A stretch of 63,524 nucleotides of DNA, the filler included, from Basidiobolus ranarum (lineage: Eukaryota): the NCBI GenBank assembly GCA_040143965.1. It is 40 parts of 40 records of this genome, joined end to end, with 100 filler letters (N's around TTAATTAATTAA, not from the genome) between each part and the next. Parts side by side here need not be neighbours in the genome. Positions count along the whole stretch, not along the records: positions 62,041 to 63,524 come from JASJQH010005041.1; 39 more parts are not named here. The stretch is one strand, 5' to 3'. Under the pieces are notes generated by a model. The model made no database searches, was not told the origin of the DNA, and saw nothing but the letters and a program-made list of their open reading frames with translations. Of the stretch, positions 63,415 through 63,524 are shown in pieces. Position 1 is the stretch's first letter. Each line of letters starts with the position of its first letter. A program made the position numbers and the translations under genes.

Positions 63415-63524
63415 TGTTAAAGTATTTGGGAGCCTGTTGGAAGTGGTTTGGAGAATTAGAGGAGTTGGTGGTTTTCACTTATTGATTTATTGAGTAGAAA
63501 GTTGACATTTATAGTTTTGTCAAG
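63415..63524 (-). mobile_element. LTR family A, 3' end
   Basis: TGTTAAAGTATTTGGGAGCC, as at 1215 and 49831. Confidence 0.85.

Overview
This window is not contiguous genomic DNA. It is 40 separate short contigs, sorted by decreasing length (1498 to 1484 bp), joined by 39 identical 100-bp linkers (N44-TTAATTAATTAA-N44). Adjacency across a linker therefore has no biological meaning. The source is an AT-rich, intron-containing, repeat-dense fungus. An early-diverging fungus such as an Entomophthorales is plausible, but that is inference only. About three quarters of the contigs are decayed, nested, CpG-depleted transposons: several Ty1/Copia families, at least two Ty3/Gypsy types, at least five LTR families, and a high-copy CACTA/EnSpm-type DNA transposon. 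The DNA transposon has CCCTA termini, two divergent ORFs and a 198-bp non-autonomous derivative with a 3-bp TSD. Host gene fragments include a Medusa/MedA-like regulator, a conserved fungal unknown, a flavoprotein monooxygenase homolog lacking all three FAD motifs, tandem CsbD-like genes, a small RRM protein, a CBM5/12 chitin-binding C-terminus and three low-complexity surface-type proteins. The best candidates for follow-up are a tRNA-like Pol III cassette inside an LTR-like end (13929-14064) and the CCCTA transposon with its AP-1/Gcn4-centred bidirectional spacer. I found no prokaryotic-type system (CRISPR, operon, defence island).
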